Assembly: GCA_951406725.2 (NCBI GenBank)
Contig: OX597820.1
Span: forward strand, 91,822,001-91,886,000
Direction: 5' to 3'
Length of the DNA: 64,000 nucleotides
Origin: Octopus vulgaris
Lineage: Eukaryota
The notes beneath the pieces are model-generated. The model saw nothing but the letters and a program-made list of their open reading frames with translations. It searched no databases and was not told where the DNA came from. Position numbers and translations under genes: made by a program. Positions 1 through 11,828 of the stretch are shown one piece after another. Position 1 is the first letter of the stretch, and every line of letters starts with the position of its first letter.

Positions 1-4
1 ACTA

Positions 5-8
<4 letters not shown>

Positions 9-39
<31 letters not shown>

Positions 40-56
40 TGATGATAATAATAATG

Positions 57-87
<31 letters not shown>

Positions 88-286
88 TAATAATGATAAT
101 AATAATAATAACATCGAAAATACCTTAGGAATTTCGAACCCAGGTTCGAAATTTTCCCCCAAGACACCTGATGAAGACTGGAGATTGTATCAGCTGATAA
201 GCTGTGTTAACAAAAAACAAGATGAGGACAAAATATCCATGAAATGTAAATAATGTACGTAATTCCCCATCTCTCAAATATAGAAA
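9..286 (+). mobile_element. 3' part of the PLE pLTR module: (AAT)n + degenerate hammerhead + tail (same family as 8795-9070 and 13439-13672)
   Basis: (AAT)n at about 9-112, then aacatcgaaaataccttaggaa...cccaagacacCTGATGAagactggag...cagctgataagctgtgttaac...gatgaggacaaaatatcc...atgtaaataatgtac, which aligns by eye to 8938-9070. The GAAACGTT of the HHR is mutated to GATAAGCT. Confidence 0.8.
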
Positions 287-350
287 TAATTATTCAATTT
301 GACTGTGTGTGTTTGTGTTTGTGCGTATATCCGAAAATATTTTAAATATT

Positions 351-588
351 CTGCTGTACTCGTTCACCACAACTTTCTCTCACTCTTACTTCCTGTTTCT
401 GTTGTACCTGTATTTCAAGGGGCCGGCTTTGTCACTCTCTGTGTCACGCTGAATATCGCCGAGAACTACGTTAAGGGTGCACGTGTCTGCGGAGTGCTCA
501 GCCACTTACACGTTAATTTCACGAGCAGGCTGTTCCGTTGATTCGGATCAACCGGCACCCTCATCGTCGTAACCGACGGAGTGCTTCC
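351..588 (+). mobile_element. 5'-truncated SINE (3' two-thirds of the family at 16292-16669)
   Basis: Near-identical to 16433-16669 (ctgctgtact...cacaactttctctcactcttacttcctgtttctg...gtaaccgacggagtgcttc). Confidence 0.85.
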
Positions 589-2241
589 ATCAAATGTATA
601 CCAGCAATTTTCTCATTCTTATAACTCACATTCTGTTTGCCTAAATGAAATTAGTCGAGTACATTAATTGCTTGGTCTGTTCTGAAGAAATATTTGAATG
701 ATATGTGTACGTGAAGAGCTTTCCAAGGAATGGCTTCTAGTATCAACTGTGATACGAATGAGTATGTTTGTGGATAATATATCGAATAAATAAAAGCTGA
801 TATAGAATAGAATTGATAATTTAAGGAATGTAGAGGTAATATTCTAGCATTTTACGAGCCATATGTTAGGTGATAAATATATCAGTCTTTTGTACAGATT
901 TCAATAATGAATTCCGTGTTAAGTTAATAAACATTTGCAGAGCAGCTGCATGAAATGCGTTCTGTCATCTTTTACTTTTCAAGTTACTGGAATACCTGAC
1001 GTTGCTGATCGGAATGTATTTTCCACAATTTATGTATATGCTAGAGCACCTAATGGATTACGTTTTATGTAAAAATTCGAAGAAATAATCACTGAACTAA
1101 TTGACAGAACAGAAACTTCCCAAAACAGAGTTATCAGTGAAGAAGAGAAGCACCGACAATTACAGTTGAATTCCTCATTTAAATAGGTGTATGCTAAAAC
1201 TACCATACAAGTTGCTTAAGCCTGCAACACTGATAAATTAAAAAATATGTATTTTGTCCAAAATGTCAACAAATAAAAAGCGATATATTGTGAGCAGTAA
1301 AGTATAACGAAACACATTCATCTTCAGCTGCAATAAAGTTTAGACATTGCATTTTGACGGTCATATTTGTCAATATGAAACACCGATGAATAATTCTATC
1401 AGCTTCATATTCACACGGTTTTTTGTACAGTCGTTTCACGTGTGTGTTGTGTGAATATAGTAGGATGTGTGGTGGCTTTTTATGCATAGTAGGTGTCGGA
1501 AATCTAGGTTTAATTTCAAGTTATGTTGCCTACAATAACTAGAAGTCAAGAGATTCTGTAAAGGGTATACTTCTGCATCTAGCTGTGTGTATATGGAATC
1601 CTGCATCTAGCTGTGTGTATATGGCAATGCACACCTTAAACTTGTTTGTGTAGTGCTGTGATTCGTAATTGGTGATTCATGTATTTTTTTTTTTTTGTGT
1701 GAATGACTCTGTGTCATTCATGCAATTGTACGGTCTATACGTATATACTTGCGTCTATTTATATATAGCAGGGTTTGTGCAGTTGTGTGTAATGCTGTAT
1801 GACAAGTAGGTTGTGTGTTGAGGAGCGTACTATATCTATAGAGTTGTATACTTGATGTATATGCGTAATTCTATGTGTGTTGTTATATGTTTAGGGGTAT
1901 ATGTAATGCCATTGCGTATAACTATTCAGCTAGTTTGATTTGTAACATAGCCGCCAAACGCACCTATTGCTTAGGTCACTGTTTTACCCGAGTTATCTAT
2001 ATTTTTGAAGCCATACCGCTTTTGATTACTGATGCGTATTAATATCTTGTAAGTATAATCTTACCAGATAAGCATCGTCTGTTTCTAACAGGTTTCCGTA
2101 GTATCAGACTTTGCGTTACAACCTACAGTTCTTACGTCCTAGTGGTTCTCAGTTACCTTTCAGTGACTACAAACTGTAAATTATAATTCTCATATTGTCT
2201 CTTGATCAATGATTTCTTCCTCAGTTATGCTTCTGCTTTTG

Positions 2242-2244
<3 letters not shown>

Positions 2245-2309
<65 letters not shown>

Positions 2310-2332
2310 GTGTGTGTCAACACACACACACA
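2245..2332. repeat. Compound (TA)n/(TG)n/(CA)n microsatellite
   Basis: Seen directly. Confidence 0.95.
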
Positions 2333-3805
2333 AAGATACGCGAATATATTCACGTATCTTTATATATGTGTATTCATAAATATATCGAATATGATGCACA
2401 TATTAAATATATCATTGTTTCCTGTGTCATTGCAACCAATTACATTTCTATAATATTTAGTTTTCAAAAGGGGATTTACAAATCACATAATTAAACAAAT
2501 ATGTACAATTGATGCATATGCGGTTTCTTTGATCTGTAGAACGATAAACAATACTACAGTGAGTATCTGTGTAATTTAATTCACCATAAACACAGATTAT
2601 TTTGAAACCTAGCTTTGATCGATATTTTATTCTCGAAAATAAGATAGATATTGTTTGAATTCTAATCACCGTGCGTTCAGCACTGCTATCCAGATAACTA
2701 CAGCAGTCAACGTCACTATGCGTATAGCAATCACAGCTAAAGCCATCGCCATAAGTAATCTGTTTTTGAATAGACGATTAAGTAATTGTTTGATGCCTAC
2801 TACCAAAATACTAGCTGTCTATGCGGTAGAATAAACTTGCAAACTTGCGAAAAATTGTGCAGGAAATATAATTAAACGGATGATTAACTGAACAGCAATT
2901 TTCCACATAATAGCTTCTGTTTCATCCTTGATAGAGATTTGACATTTTGTTAGTAATCTAATTCATGTAATCGGCTGCAAAACAGTGGGAGGAATGTAAT
3001 CCAGCTATGTTTAGGATATTAATGACTTTGTTATTAACAACAAGATTTGATACTGTATCATCACCACGAGGAAGGAAATTAAAGACACGAATGAGAATAC
3101 GCTTTAAACTAAACGCATTATTTATTACTTTTTTGAAAAAGTGAAACTATAAACAGTTCTCAATGATATTGGACATAATCATTATTAACATCCACGAGAT
3201 ATATCTTAACTGGTATCTCATACATAAGAGAAAACAAACTCACATACACCGACACACACGCACACGCACATGCGCATACGCACGTACACACTAAGGAATT
3301 CGCTTAATTCCATATCGGATAACTGTCTATATCGGTTAAAAGCATTACTTTTCATAACGTCGAGACGAACGCCGTCAAATGAGTATAAGTTGACCGATAA
3401 ATTGCATATGCAAATGCAGCCAATTTCGGTTAATTCGATATCTTCCACTTGCTGATTGTTTTATGATTGTGTACACAAGTGTGTGTGTGTGTGTGTACAT
3501 ACATATATATCTATAAACACGCACGCACACATACACACACATGCAGTGTATCTTGTGTGTACAAATAGATGTACAACTGCTACTGTTAAACATTGTCCAG
3601 TGTGCTAGTGGTCAAACAACTACTAAAATTAATAATACTATCAGGTATGAGATAGAGAGCAAGCGTAGAAGATAACGTAAGTTTATATTATTAGGTCCTA
3701 CCTACATTTCGCCATTGCCATTCTTGGAATTCTGAAATGGGATTTTCAAGTGTATCTGGCTACTTAGCCACAACGGATCGTCAGAAATCACTTCATCGCA
3801 TAATA

Positions 3806-4150
3806 TCTCTATATATAAACGGCAGCTTGTCTGTGTGCGTGTCTGTGTGTCTGTTAGGTTGTGCCCTCACCCTGACCACGGCTTTCAACCGATTCTGATG
3901 AAACTTGACAAACATAGCCCAATGTCATAATTCAAAACTAACGCAGCGAAAATTTTGAAAAGTTCCCCCAGTTCTGAAATTCGACATGGGGTCGAGAATC
4001 AGAAACACAAACCACAGACTGTCTAGGGGAAGCAACTCGACCTTTTTAACTCTCAAAAAAAATTTACCATCATTTTTTTCCATAACTCTCTAAAAATGCT
4101 TTATAGTTATTTCCCTTACAAACGCGAACAACGCCGGGCGATACTGCTAG
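3806..4150 (+). mobile_element. Non-autonomous Helitron
   Basis: Starts a|TCtctatatataaa and ends ...cgcgaacaacgccgggcgatactgCTAG|t. It has 5'-TC, 3'-CTAG, a subterminal GC hairpin, an A^T insertion site and no TSD. The last ~70 bp match the 9224-9756 and 51415-51814 copies. Confidence 0.8.
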
Positions 4151-4246
4151 TGTTACATATATAGGTGTGCGTGATTATGTATATGTGTGAATGTCTGTGA
4201 AAATAGTTATCTGCTCATAGTGATCTTGTTAGTAACAATCATCTTG

Positions 4247-4404
4247 TATGTTCAAATTCCACCGAGGTGACTTTGCCTTTGATCCTGTCGAGTACGATAA
4301 ATTAAGTACTTACGCACTAGGGTCGATGTAACCGACTTAATCCCTTTGTCTGTCCTTGTTTGTTCCCTCTATGCTTTGCCCCTAGTGGGCAATAAAGAAA
4401 TAAG
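4247..4404 (+). mobile_element. 5'-truncated SINE (family A, as 48512-48743)
   Basis: gttcaaattccaccgaggtgactttgccttt...gggtcgatgtaaccgacttaatccctttgtctgtccttgtttg...gcccctagtgggcaataaagaaata. Confidence 0.8.
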
Positions 4405-5254
4405 AATCATAGTACGGTACTCTTCCAGCATTCTTTATTTTCCTGAACAACAAGAGACCGGTACGTTTTAGAGGAAGTATCGTGATGGGCTAATTTTATT
4501 TGCTGCTATTTTCTTGCAGCGGTGTGCTACTCAATGCATCGGAGCACCTGACCCATGGTTTTAAATACCATATATAACATTTAAGTTCTTGACTTGTATC
4601 ACACGTGAAGAGGAAATCCAGCTATAGAGGATATAACATCACCTTTAGTTAGCAGATTGAAATATGCATGCCCTAATAAGCCTGAATGTCTGAACTTCTT
4701 CGTTGCTCTTCTTCAAAAAATCAACAGAATAATGAGAGGAGTGAGTCTTCCTGAATTACTCTCCTGATTTTCCCATTACCTAATCATTCATTTCTCTTCA
4801 GTTATACTTCCCATTGTCTCATCGATTTTTATAAAGAGCATAAAAATGTTAATATTTCCACGAACTCTGTGCGTGAGTAGGCTTTTCAAAATCCAATACA
4901 ATGGTTCATTATCGTATCACTTCTCGTGTATCAGGCACTTGATCTTTATTTCTCCCTCTTGATTTCTCTGATAATTTCTCAAAATGGTTGTTTCAGCTAG
5001 TATGAGATTATTTAGTAACCACAGCAATAGTAGCCATACATTAGATCTCTTTTTACTGATTCTACTCACACGCTTTATCTTTTTGTATTCATATAGTCCT
5101 TCATTTTGTCATTCACGTTGATGTTCCTACACTTCATATATATATCTTTTCAATGTCCCCCTCATTATGTTTGCTAGCTGCAAATTAAAGAATTCATCTC
5201 TTCTTCTTTTCTTCTCCTCTTCCTCCATCTCCTCTTCCTCTCTCTCCTCCTTCT

Positions 5255-5357
5255 TCTTCTTGCCCAATAAAATAAGAACTAGTTAAGTACTAGGGATCAA
5301 TATAATCGTCTTACCCTCTCCTCCAAAGATGCTGACCTACCGATATTTGAAACCATT

Positions 5358-5388
<31 letters not shown>

Positions 5389-5530
5389 TCATTATTGTTA
5401 TTATCATTATTATTAAGGTGGCAAGCTGGCTGAATCGTTAGCATGCTGGACCAAATGCTTAGCAGTATTTCGCCTGTTTCTACATTCTGAGTTCAAATTC
5501 CACTGAGGTTGATTTTGCCTTTCATCCTTT
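5255..5530 (+). mobile_element. Two degenerate family-A SINE pieces separated by (ATT)n
   Basis: A 3' piece at about 5255-5355, (ATT)n at 5355-5413, then the head aaggtggcaagctggctgaatcgttagc...gagttcaaattccactgaggttgattttgcctttcatcc. Confidence 0.7.
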
Positions 5531-6044
5531 GGTTGTTAAGATCTTAGGGTCGAATCATCTTGAAATTTGGAACGGATCTGTTCAATATGTAATCTCGGTG
5601 TTGTAACAATTTGCTCCCTAGTTATATTGTTATGTGTTATTCCTTATTGAGGTTAGTCGGAAAATTCCTATATTATATAGATAATAAATTTTATGAGTTG
5701 TCGTTTTTATTTTGCACCTGTTTATTTAACAAAAGTTTGGTATTTCTTTCATTCTGGCGATTTTGCGATCATTACTAGCCATTCCAATACACACATACAT
5801 ATATAGGTGTGTGCATTTTTGCATGAAATTTTTATACTTCAATCAGTGTATGTGTGTGTGTGTGTATGTGTGTGTGTGTTTGTGAGACAGTTTTAAATTT
5901 ATATTAAAATCATTATGCATATAGGACAAAAAGTACAAATAAATTCAGCTAGCATTTTGCAGACAAATTATCATAATACCAATTTTTCTATGCTTTGTTT
6001 TTATATGAATATCCATATTAATATTTCTCGAAACTACAAAACGT

Positions 6045-6250
6045 CGAGCTAACAAAATCGTTAGTTCACCGGGGAACATTATTAACGGCATTTCGTCCGG
6101 TTTTCCGTTCTGAACTCAAATTCCGCCGGGGTTGACATATTCATTCATCCTTTTGTGGCCGGTAAAATAATAAGTGTCAGTTGTACACTGATACTGATTT
6201 AAACGGCTTAACTCTTCCCCAAATCTGCTGGCTTTGTGCCAAATTTTTGA
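6045..6250 (+). mobile_element. Degenerate family-A SINE
   Basis: cgagctaacaaaatcgttag...ctgaactcaaattccgccggggttgac...ttcatccttttgtgg...ctgctggctttgtgccaaa. Confidence 0.65.
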
Positions 6251-8601
6251 TAATATTTCTTGAAATTATTGCATATTATTAAATGACACTGTAATGGATC
6301 GAGATAGTCACTCTATATTGCAAAATAGGAAATTCCTCGTTGATCTTAGGAATCATACTCCACTGTAACATAATTACCATCGTACCCCTACTGTGAGTGA
6401 AATACGTCTTTACTGTAATGACAACATTAGCACATAATGATATATTAAGCACGTTTCCATCCACAACCGTTCTTTTGACACAAACTGCTGTGAATTTATG
6501 AACACGGTTTGACTTTCTAATTTATTACTATTAAATAATAATCGTGTTATGATCCATTTAGCCTATTATTAGAGTCGTTGATATTGTATTATAAGCATAG
6601 CGTTTTCAGTGCAATTTAGATAATCTGACTAAATCGCCAGTTATATGTATTTAGTTTTAGATTTATTCAGCAAAAGTCATGTATCTTATAATTGATGAAT
6701 GTTAAGACTTGACAATTATGACTTACACCCGTTTACCTAATGCATTTTCATCATATTCCATTGTAATTGAAATGATTATATTGGACGGGGTGAAGTAACA
6801 GATTATGATACAGGCTCCCGATGACTTTAGGGGACGACATAATTTTAAATATTTAATCAACCGTATTCACTTCACATCCGATCTTAATGTACTTCAAAAA
6901 AATTTTAATGTATTTCGAAATATTTTGTACAACTCTATCTATATAAACATCAAAACGATGAACTTGTGAGCATAAAGTTAGAATCGACATGGTCTGTAAG
7001 GTAAAATACTAAGCAATGCATCATTTTTTATTTCTTTTATCAAATAGTACAACATAACAAATATGACACTACTAATTATAGTGAACTGATGACCTAGTAG
7101 TGAAATCAATAGTATTGTATAATAAAGTACTGTGAGGAGTATCACTAATTATAACCATGTAGTTATAATGACTACATAAAATTTAAATGATGCTTCCAGA
7201 TGCATCCCTCAAGTGGGCAGTGATGCTTCTGCTTCAGTACTAATTTCTACATCACCTATCACTTCAAAAGTTCTTCGTTTGTCAAATATGATAAAATGAA
7301 ATTACAAAGTTTATTATGCCACAAAATATATTATATCTATGTAATTAGTTATTTCACATTGAGAAATACATTAATACATCTAAGACTATATTTCTACAAA
7401 TTATTGCTAGTTATATTTTTGTGTAAAATAAGAATTTTGTGTGAAATAAGGGTACATTAAATATTAAGAAAGGTGATGTAATTAGTCTTCTTTGAACTCA
7501 ATTATGGGTTAAATAGTAGCATTGTTCTGCGACAACATCACGTGGCAAGCAAAAATATCGAATATTGCTGAAGGAGAATGCGCAAATTTGTGCAAGATTG
7601 GGATTAGTAGCAATTAATAGACTATATTATCTAAGCAAAGTGAATATTTAAGAAACAATTAAACAATTAACAAAATAATAGATGTAAAAATAAGTGAAAT
7701 GCAATAAATAAAGTATTAAAACGCTTTACAGGATCTCAAAGAGCTAAGAATTATTCAAGGAGAGAGAGAGAGAGAGAGAGAAAGGAAATATTTAGATGAG
7801 AATACCTCAGGAGATACAAGTAAATTGCGAAAGTAGACGCAATAGAAAGAACGAGCTCAAGGCAATGAATACATGAGTTGTCTCTTTAATGTGGTAAAAG
7901 CGTTGTTAGATGGATAACGAAAGAGCCTGAGAAAATGAACGAAAAAACCGAGAAAGCGATGACGATGAACAAGGAACAGTACCCTAAAAACGATGTCGAT
8001 AGATTGCCTGTGTCTCGAAAATAGTGGGAAAGAGGACTCATAAGAAGCGAGATCTGTGTGGTCAATAAGAAAAGGTTTAGTTTGAGATGGAACGCCAAAT
8101 AAGCAGATTGAATTTTTGATTGTTGCTGTTAGAAATAGCAACATGATAACTAGTGAAAATGTAACACAACAAAAAAAATTAAGAAATAAGATCGAGAGCA
8201 AAGATTGAATCACTGCAAATTTATAGTGATACACGGGTGATACCCCAAAGAGGTGAAAGGGAAAACCAGGACCAAAACCTGAAGGTTCCTAAGGAAAAAT
8301 GATCTGAAAGGATGGCTTAAGGCATTGATTTTCAGCGCCCAGGAACAATCTTTGAGAACTAATTATACCAAGTTGCGAACAGGTAAGAGTATTGAATAGG
8401 CCTTTTGTAAGATGTGTGGCATCGACAATGAAGCAGTCACACACATAGTGAGTGAGAGTAGAAAATGATCTAAAATGGAAGAAGAAAGGAGGAATTGTAA
8501 CGTAGCTAGGTATTACAGTTCTATATTTAACAGGTGAGGAATTATGTACATAGTTTACATTATTTACATTTGACGGATATTTGTCCTAATCTTGTTTGTT
8601 A

Positions 8602-8645
8602 AAACAATATTTCGGCTGATATACTCTCCAGCTATCATCAGGTGT
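8602..8645 (-). ncRNA. Minimal type I hammerhead ribozyme motif (left arm)
   Basis: Minus strand acac-CTGATGA-tagctggagagtatatcagcc-GAAA-ta-TT-gttt. The core is intact, stem II is gctg/cagc, and the short stem III is palindromic, as in PLE minimal HHRs. Confidence 0.65.
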
Positions 8646-8794
8646 CTTGGGGAAATTTCGAATCTGGGTTCTCATTCTTAAGGTATTTTTCGATGTTATT
8701 ATTATTATTATCATCATTATTATTCAGGTCACTGCCTGGAATATAACTCTGAATCTTGGTATTAGCGCTCTTAACCGCTACGCCATATGCCCGT

Positions 8795-8865
8795 GGGCAT
8801 ATTGCCTGGTGGTTAAGAGCGCGGGCTACTAATCCCAAGATTCCGAGTTCGATTCCAGACAGTGA

Positions 8866-8868
<3 letters not shown>
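8795..8868 (+). other. tRNA-derived (Ser-GCU-like) Pol III promoter module; not a functional tRNA
   Basis: A-box-like tggtggttaag, anticodon arm ggg-ctactaa-tcc (ctgctaa in the 13.6-kb copy, compare tRNA-Ser GGACTGCTAATCC) and B-box gagttcgattc. The acceptor stem is poor. Confidence 0.65.
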
Positions 8869-8939
<71 letters not shown>

Positions 8940-8979
8940 TACCTCAGGAATGAGAACCCAGGTTCGAAATTTCCCCAAG

Positions 8980-9023
8980 ACACTTGATGAAGGCTGAAGG
9001 GTATATCAGCTGAAACGTTGTGT
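8980..9023 (+). ncRNA. Minimal type I hammerhead ribozyme motif (right arm, C3 mutated)
   Basis: acac-tTGATGA-aggctgaagggtatatcagct-GAAA-cg-TT-gtgt. Stem I is acac/gtgt and stem III is the palindrome AACGTT. Confidence 0.65.
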
Positions 9024-9223
9024 TAACAACAAACGAGATGAGGACAAACATCCGTCAAATGTAAATAATGAAAATGATGTAGCTAGGTGTGTTCATTGAA
9101 AATTTTGTGACAAGTTTTGTGTTGAAAGGACATTGGAATGGCACAAAGATAACAATTATCTGTTAAATCTAATGGTATTCGACAATCCAGTGTGATTCAG
9201 TGATTGATGCTCGAACCCAGACA

Positions 9224-9756
9224 TCTATATATATAAAACTGTAGTTGTGTGAGTGTCTGTCCCCTTCGATTTAGATTCCTAACTACTCCCACATTTTGCG
9301 GTGCAGTTTAACCAAATTCGGGTATCTTATAGTCGTGATTAATATCGAGCCCGTCTGGCTATTAGCGCGCGTTAACGATGAGTCTACGATTTTAAAAATA
9401 ATTTAACATCATTTTTTTATTCCATTTTAATGCATAATTTTTCGTGTGTCGATGGCAGCGGAGTTGGCGTCCACGGTCACACCTGCACCTGTTTGCTTCT
9501 CCCCCTTCTTCCCTCCCTCGTGAAGCTGTGGGGAAGGGAATGTAAGGAAATCAACATCGTAAAGCGTTGTCAAGGAGACCAGCGTTCTTTTAGAACAACG
9601 ACTTCATGGCTTGAAGACACTGAGTCAACGATTTTAAAAAAAAATTATCATAATTTTTTATTCCATTTTTAATGCTTTTTTTTGCTATAACTCTCTAAAA
9701 ATGCTTATATAGTTATTTCCCTTATAAACCCGAGCAACACCGGGCGATACTGCTAG
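9224..9756 (+). mobile_element. Non-autonomous Helitron inserted in the LINE endonuclease PD motif
   Basis: a|TCtatatatataaaactg ... cccgagcaacaccggg (hairpin) cgatactgCTAG|t. Removing it restores cca-gac-att-gtt (PDIV). Internal ~55-bp direct repeats lie at 9379-9433 and 9621-9675. Confidence 0.9.
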
Positions 9757-10384
9757 TTGTTTATAAAAGTTTATAAAAAGATGACGGAAACCAAGAGCAT
9801 AGATATTCCTATATATTCGGCTGTACAAGTGGATGATAAAGTACTGGGAATGATTGATAAGTACAAACAATTAAAATACGAGATTTCAGGTATATTGTCA
9901 GTGAAGAATGTAAATGTCGTCATAATAGTTGTAAGGGCATTGGGAACATTAACAACCATGTTTCAGAAATTTGTTGAGGAAATTGAGATTGACGTGAGGG
10001 CAGAACATGCGAAGAAAACTACTTTAATGGGGACAGATACATTTTTGAATTGGTACTTGGATGTTAAGTATCGTGGAAGAAGACCCTCTGAGACACTTAA
10101 CAACAGGTTGTCGTCCGCGATATGGCGGGTGATTACTGTACATTTTTTGATATACTAGAGTCAGAGCAAGATGTAGGTATATTGATACTTATAGCCGTAT
10201 TGCTATATCGCTTATTATGACCTTACGTGTGACTAAAGGCTTTTCAGATGATTCCAACATTACTTAGATGGGAACTGTACAGTATTTAAAAATGAGAAAA
10301 TGAGTATATCTTTACTACGAAGCGTGAAGGTTCGAGGAATGAATAGTTTATTTATATGCTACATTATCAATAACGAAAGGAAAT

Positions 10385-10560
10385 TGGTGATGAGCTGGCA
10401 GAATCGTTAGCATGTCTGGCAAAATACTTAGCAGCATTTCTTACGTTGCCGAGGTCAGTAAAACAAGTATCTGTTGAGCACTGGGGTCGATGTAATCGAT
10501 TTAGCTCCTCGCCGAAATTGCTGGCCTTGAGCCAAAAATTGATATCAGTAAAGAAAGGAA
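10385..10560 (+). mobile_element. Internally deleted family-A SINE
   Basis: ggtgatgagctggcagaatcgttagc...gccgaggtc...gcactggggtcgatgtaatcga...ctggccttgagcc. Confidence 0.7.
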
Positions 10561-11607
10561 ATATATTCTTGATTAAATATATCAATTAAGACTAAAAAAG
10601 CATTTATTTCTTTTACATCATGAAATGCAACAGGAATTTCTTTTAACCCAATATATATTTCAAATATATAATTATTCTAATAACCTTCATGATTTTAGCA
10701 TACATTGCTAGATGTAAATTGGAGTTTGATATATAATTTAACCACATACGCATGGTTGAACGTAATATTCAGACAAATTTCTTCTTGTGAATTTTATCGT
10801 AGTGTTTTATTCACCCTGTAAGAAAGCCTGATTTTTAGAATATTGATTACATATTTGTCTATGGCAGTAATATCATTGAAAACTTTGACAGATCGCACAG
10901 GAGATTTCCACTATTACTTGAACTATAATATAATGTTGAACATGTGTACATCTTCAAAATAGACCTGAAAGGAAATGTAATTAGCAAAAATCGTGTTCTT
11001 TTACCCATGGTATTTTTATGTTGTTAATGTTTCAAAGAAGTTATTTATAGAGTTATTGTATTAAACACTCTCCTTTTTCCCTAGTGTTCACTATTGATTA
11101 TGCAAAATATTTTTGATGTAGTTATTCAAACCAAATTAATTCATCATCGTTCACTAATTGGAAATTAATTATAATGTCATTAAAAAGTAATTCATCAGTT
11201 TTAGGCATGGAATAATAATTTAATTATGTAGTTCATTTATTTCAAATCATTTACGAATATTTTACATGCATATTTTATACTCACCCATGAATGAATGACA
11301 ATAAGGCCGAATAATGTATCTTCTCAATTACAAATCAAGGATTGCATATTCTGTATATGTCATAAATGTTTTGAAATTTCAAAATCAATATTTTAAAATA
11401 TATATATTCAAATTAATTAAGTCACAAATCAAGATTATCTCATACAAAACCAAAGTTACCAGAATTTTATTGTGATTAAAATTGTCTCTGTTCTTTCCAA
11501 AATTGCTCAATCCCAAATACTCAAAACTGCTCTCTTCGGCAAAAATATTCTAGGCTTATTTCTCTTTGGATTTGATGTAGATAAATTCTAACTATTATCT
11601 GATCATA

Positions 11608-11828
11608 CAGGATTGGCCAGAAGTTACCTGACAGTAAATCAAAACTAACTCTAAGATAAAAACCAAAAAATTATTTGATATGTGACTTCGCAAATAAATA
11701 GACAAATGTTGAAAACAAAAACGGTAATTTTAACTCACAGCATTCAGAATTGGAATAAATAAATAAAACTGAATATTCGGTACTTATGGAACTTTGATTT
11801 ACTGTCGGGTGACTTTTGGCCAGCCATG
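11608..11828. mobile_element. Tc1/mariner-type MITE (221 bp)
   Basis: TA|caggattggccagaagttacctgacagtaaatcaaa ... tttgatttactgtcgggtgacttttggccagccatg|TA, giving ~36-bp imperfect TIRs with a TA duplication. Confidence 0.85.

Larger units (their letters stand above)
8512..9078. mobile_element. Palindromic, head-to-head non-autonomous PLE-derived element: two arms of tRNA-like head + (AAT)n + HHR + tail
   Basis: 8555-8790 is the reverse complement of about 8795-9070 around the centre catatgcccgtgggcatat. It is flanked by the direct repeat gtagctaggt (8502-8511 and 9079-9088), a likely TSD. Only the left arm has an extra ~35-nt tail (gttctatatttaacaggtgaggaattatgtac). Confidence 0.85.
7800..10160 (+). 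mobile_element. Decayed, 5'-truncated R4/Dong-clade non-LTR retrotransposon with restriction-like endonuclease, split by insertions at 8512-9078 and 9224-9756
   Basis: Manual translation gives EYLRRYK (7800), WITKEPEKMNEKTEKAMTMNKEQYPKNDVDRLPVSRK*WERGL (7911-), ALIFSAQEQSLRTNY, the zinc knuckle CKMCGIDNEAVTHIVSE (~8407), DVARCVH, W..IQCDSVIDAR-PDIV across the Helitron site, and IDIP...DKYKQLKYEI...IIVVRALGT...KKTTLMGT (ORF 9757-10158). These are typical R4/Dong C-terminal motifs. It contains stops and frameshifts. Confidence 0.85.

Noticed and set aside
299-541. 80-aa ORF with a near-identical paralog at 16423-16623
   Set aside because: Both lie within copies of the same SINE, so the similarity is repeat-derived.
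1573-1624. 24-bp direct repeat ctgcatctagctgtgtgtatatgg, twice (similar short tandem duplication at 25412-25449)
   Set aside because: A simple local tandem duplication with two units and no unique spacers. Not CRISPR-like.
7081-7125. CTGATGA-cctagtagt-GAAA-tcaa-TA followed by AATAAA (also CTGAAGA...GAAA at about 28240)
   Set aside because: Stems I and II cannot be formed convincingly. These may be very decayed HHRs, but are not supportable.
8114-8140. ttttgattgttgct resembles the 5' part of miR-315
   Set aside because: It lies within the LINE coding remnant, the match is partial, and no precursor hairpin is evident.
8795-8868. Possible bona fide tRNA gene with anticodon ACT
   Set aside because: The acceptor and T stems pair poorly, there is no Ser-type long variable arm, and it is always embedded in the repeat module. 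Treated as tRNA-derived.
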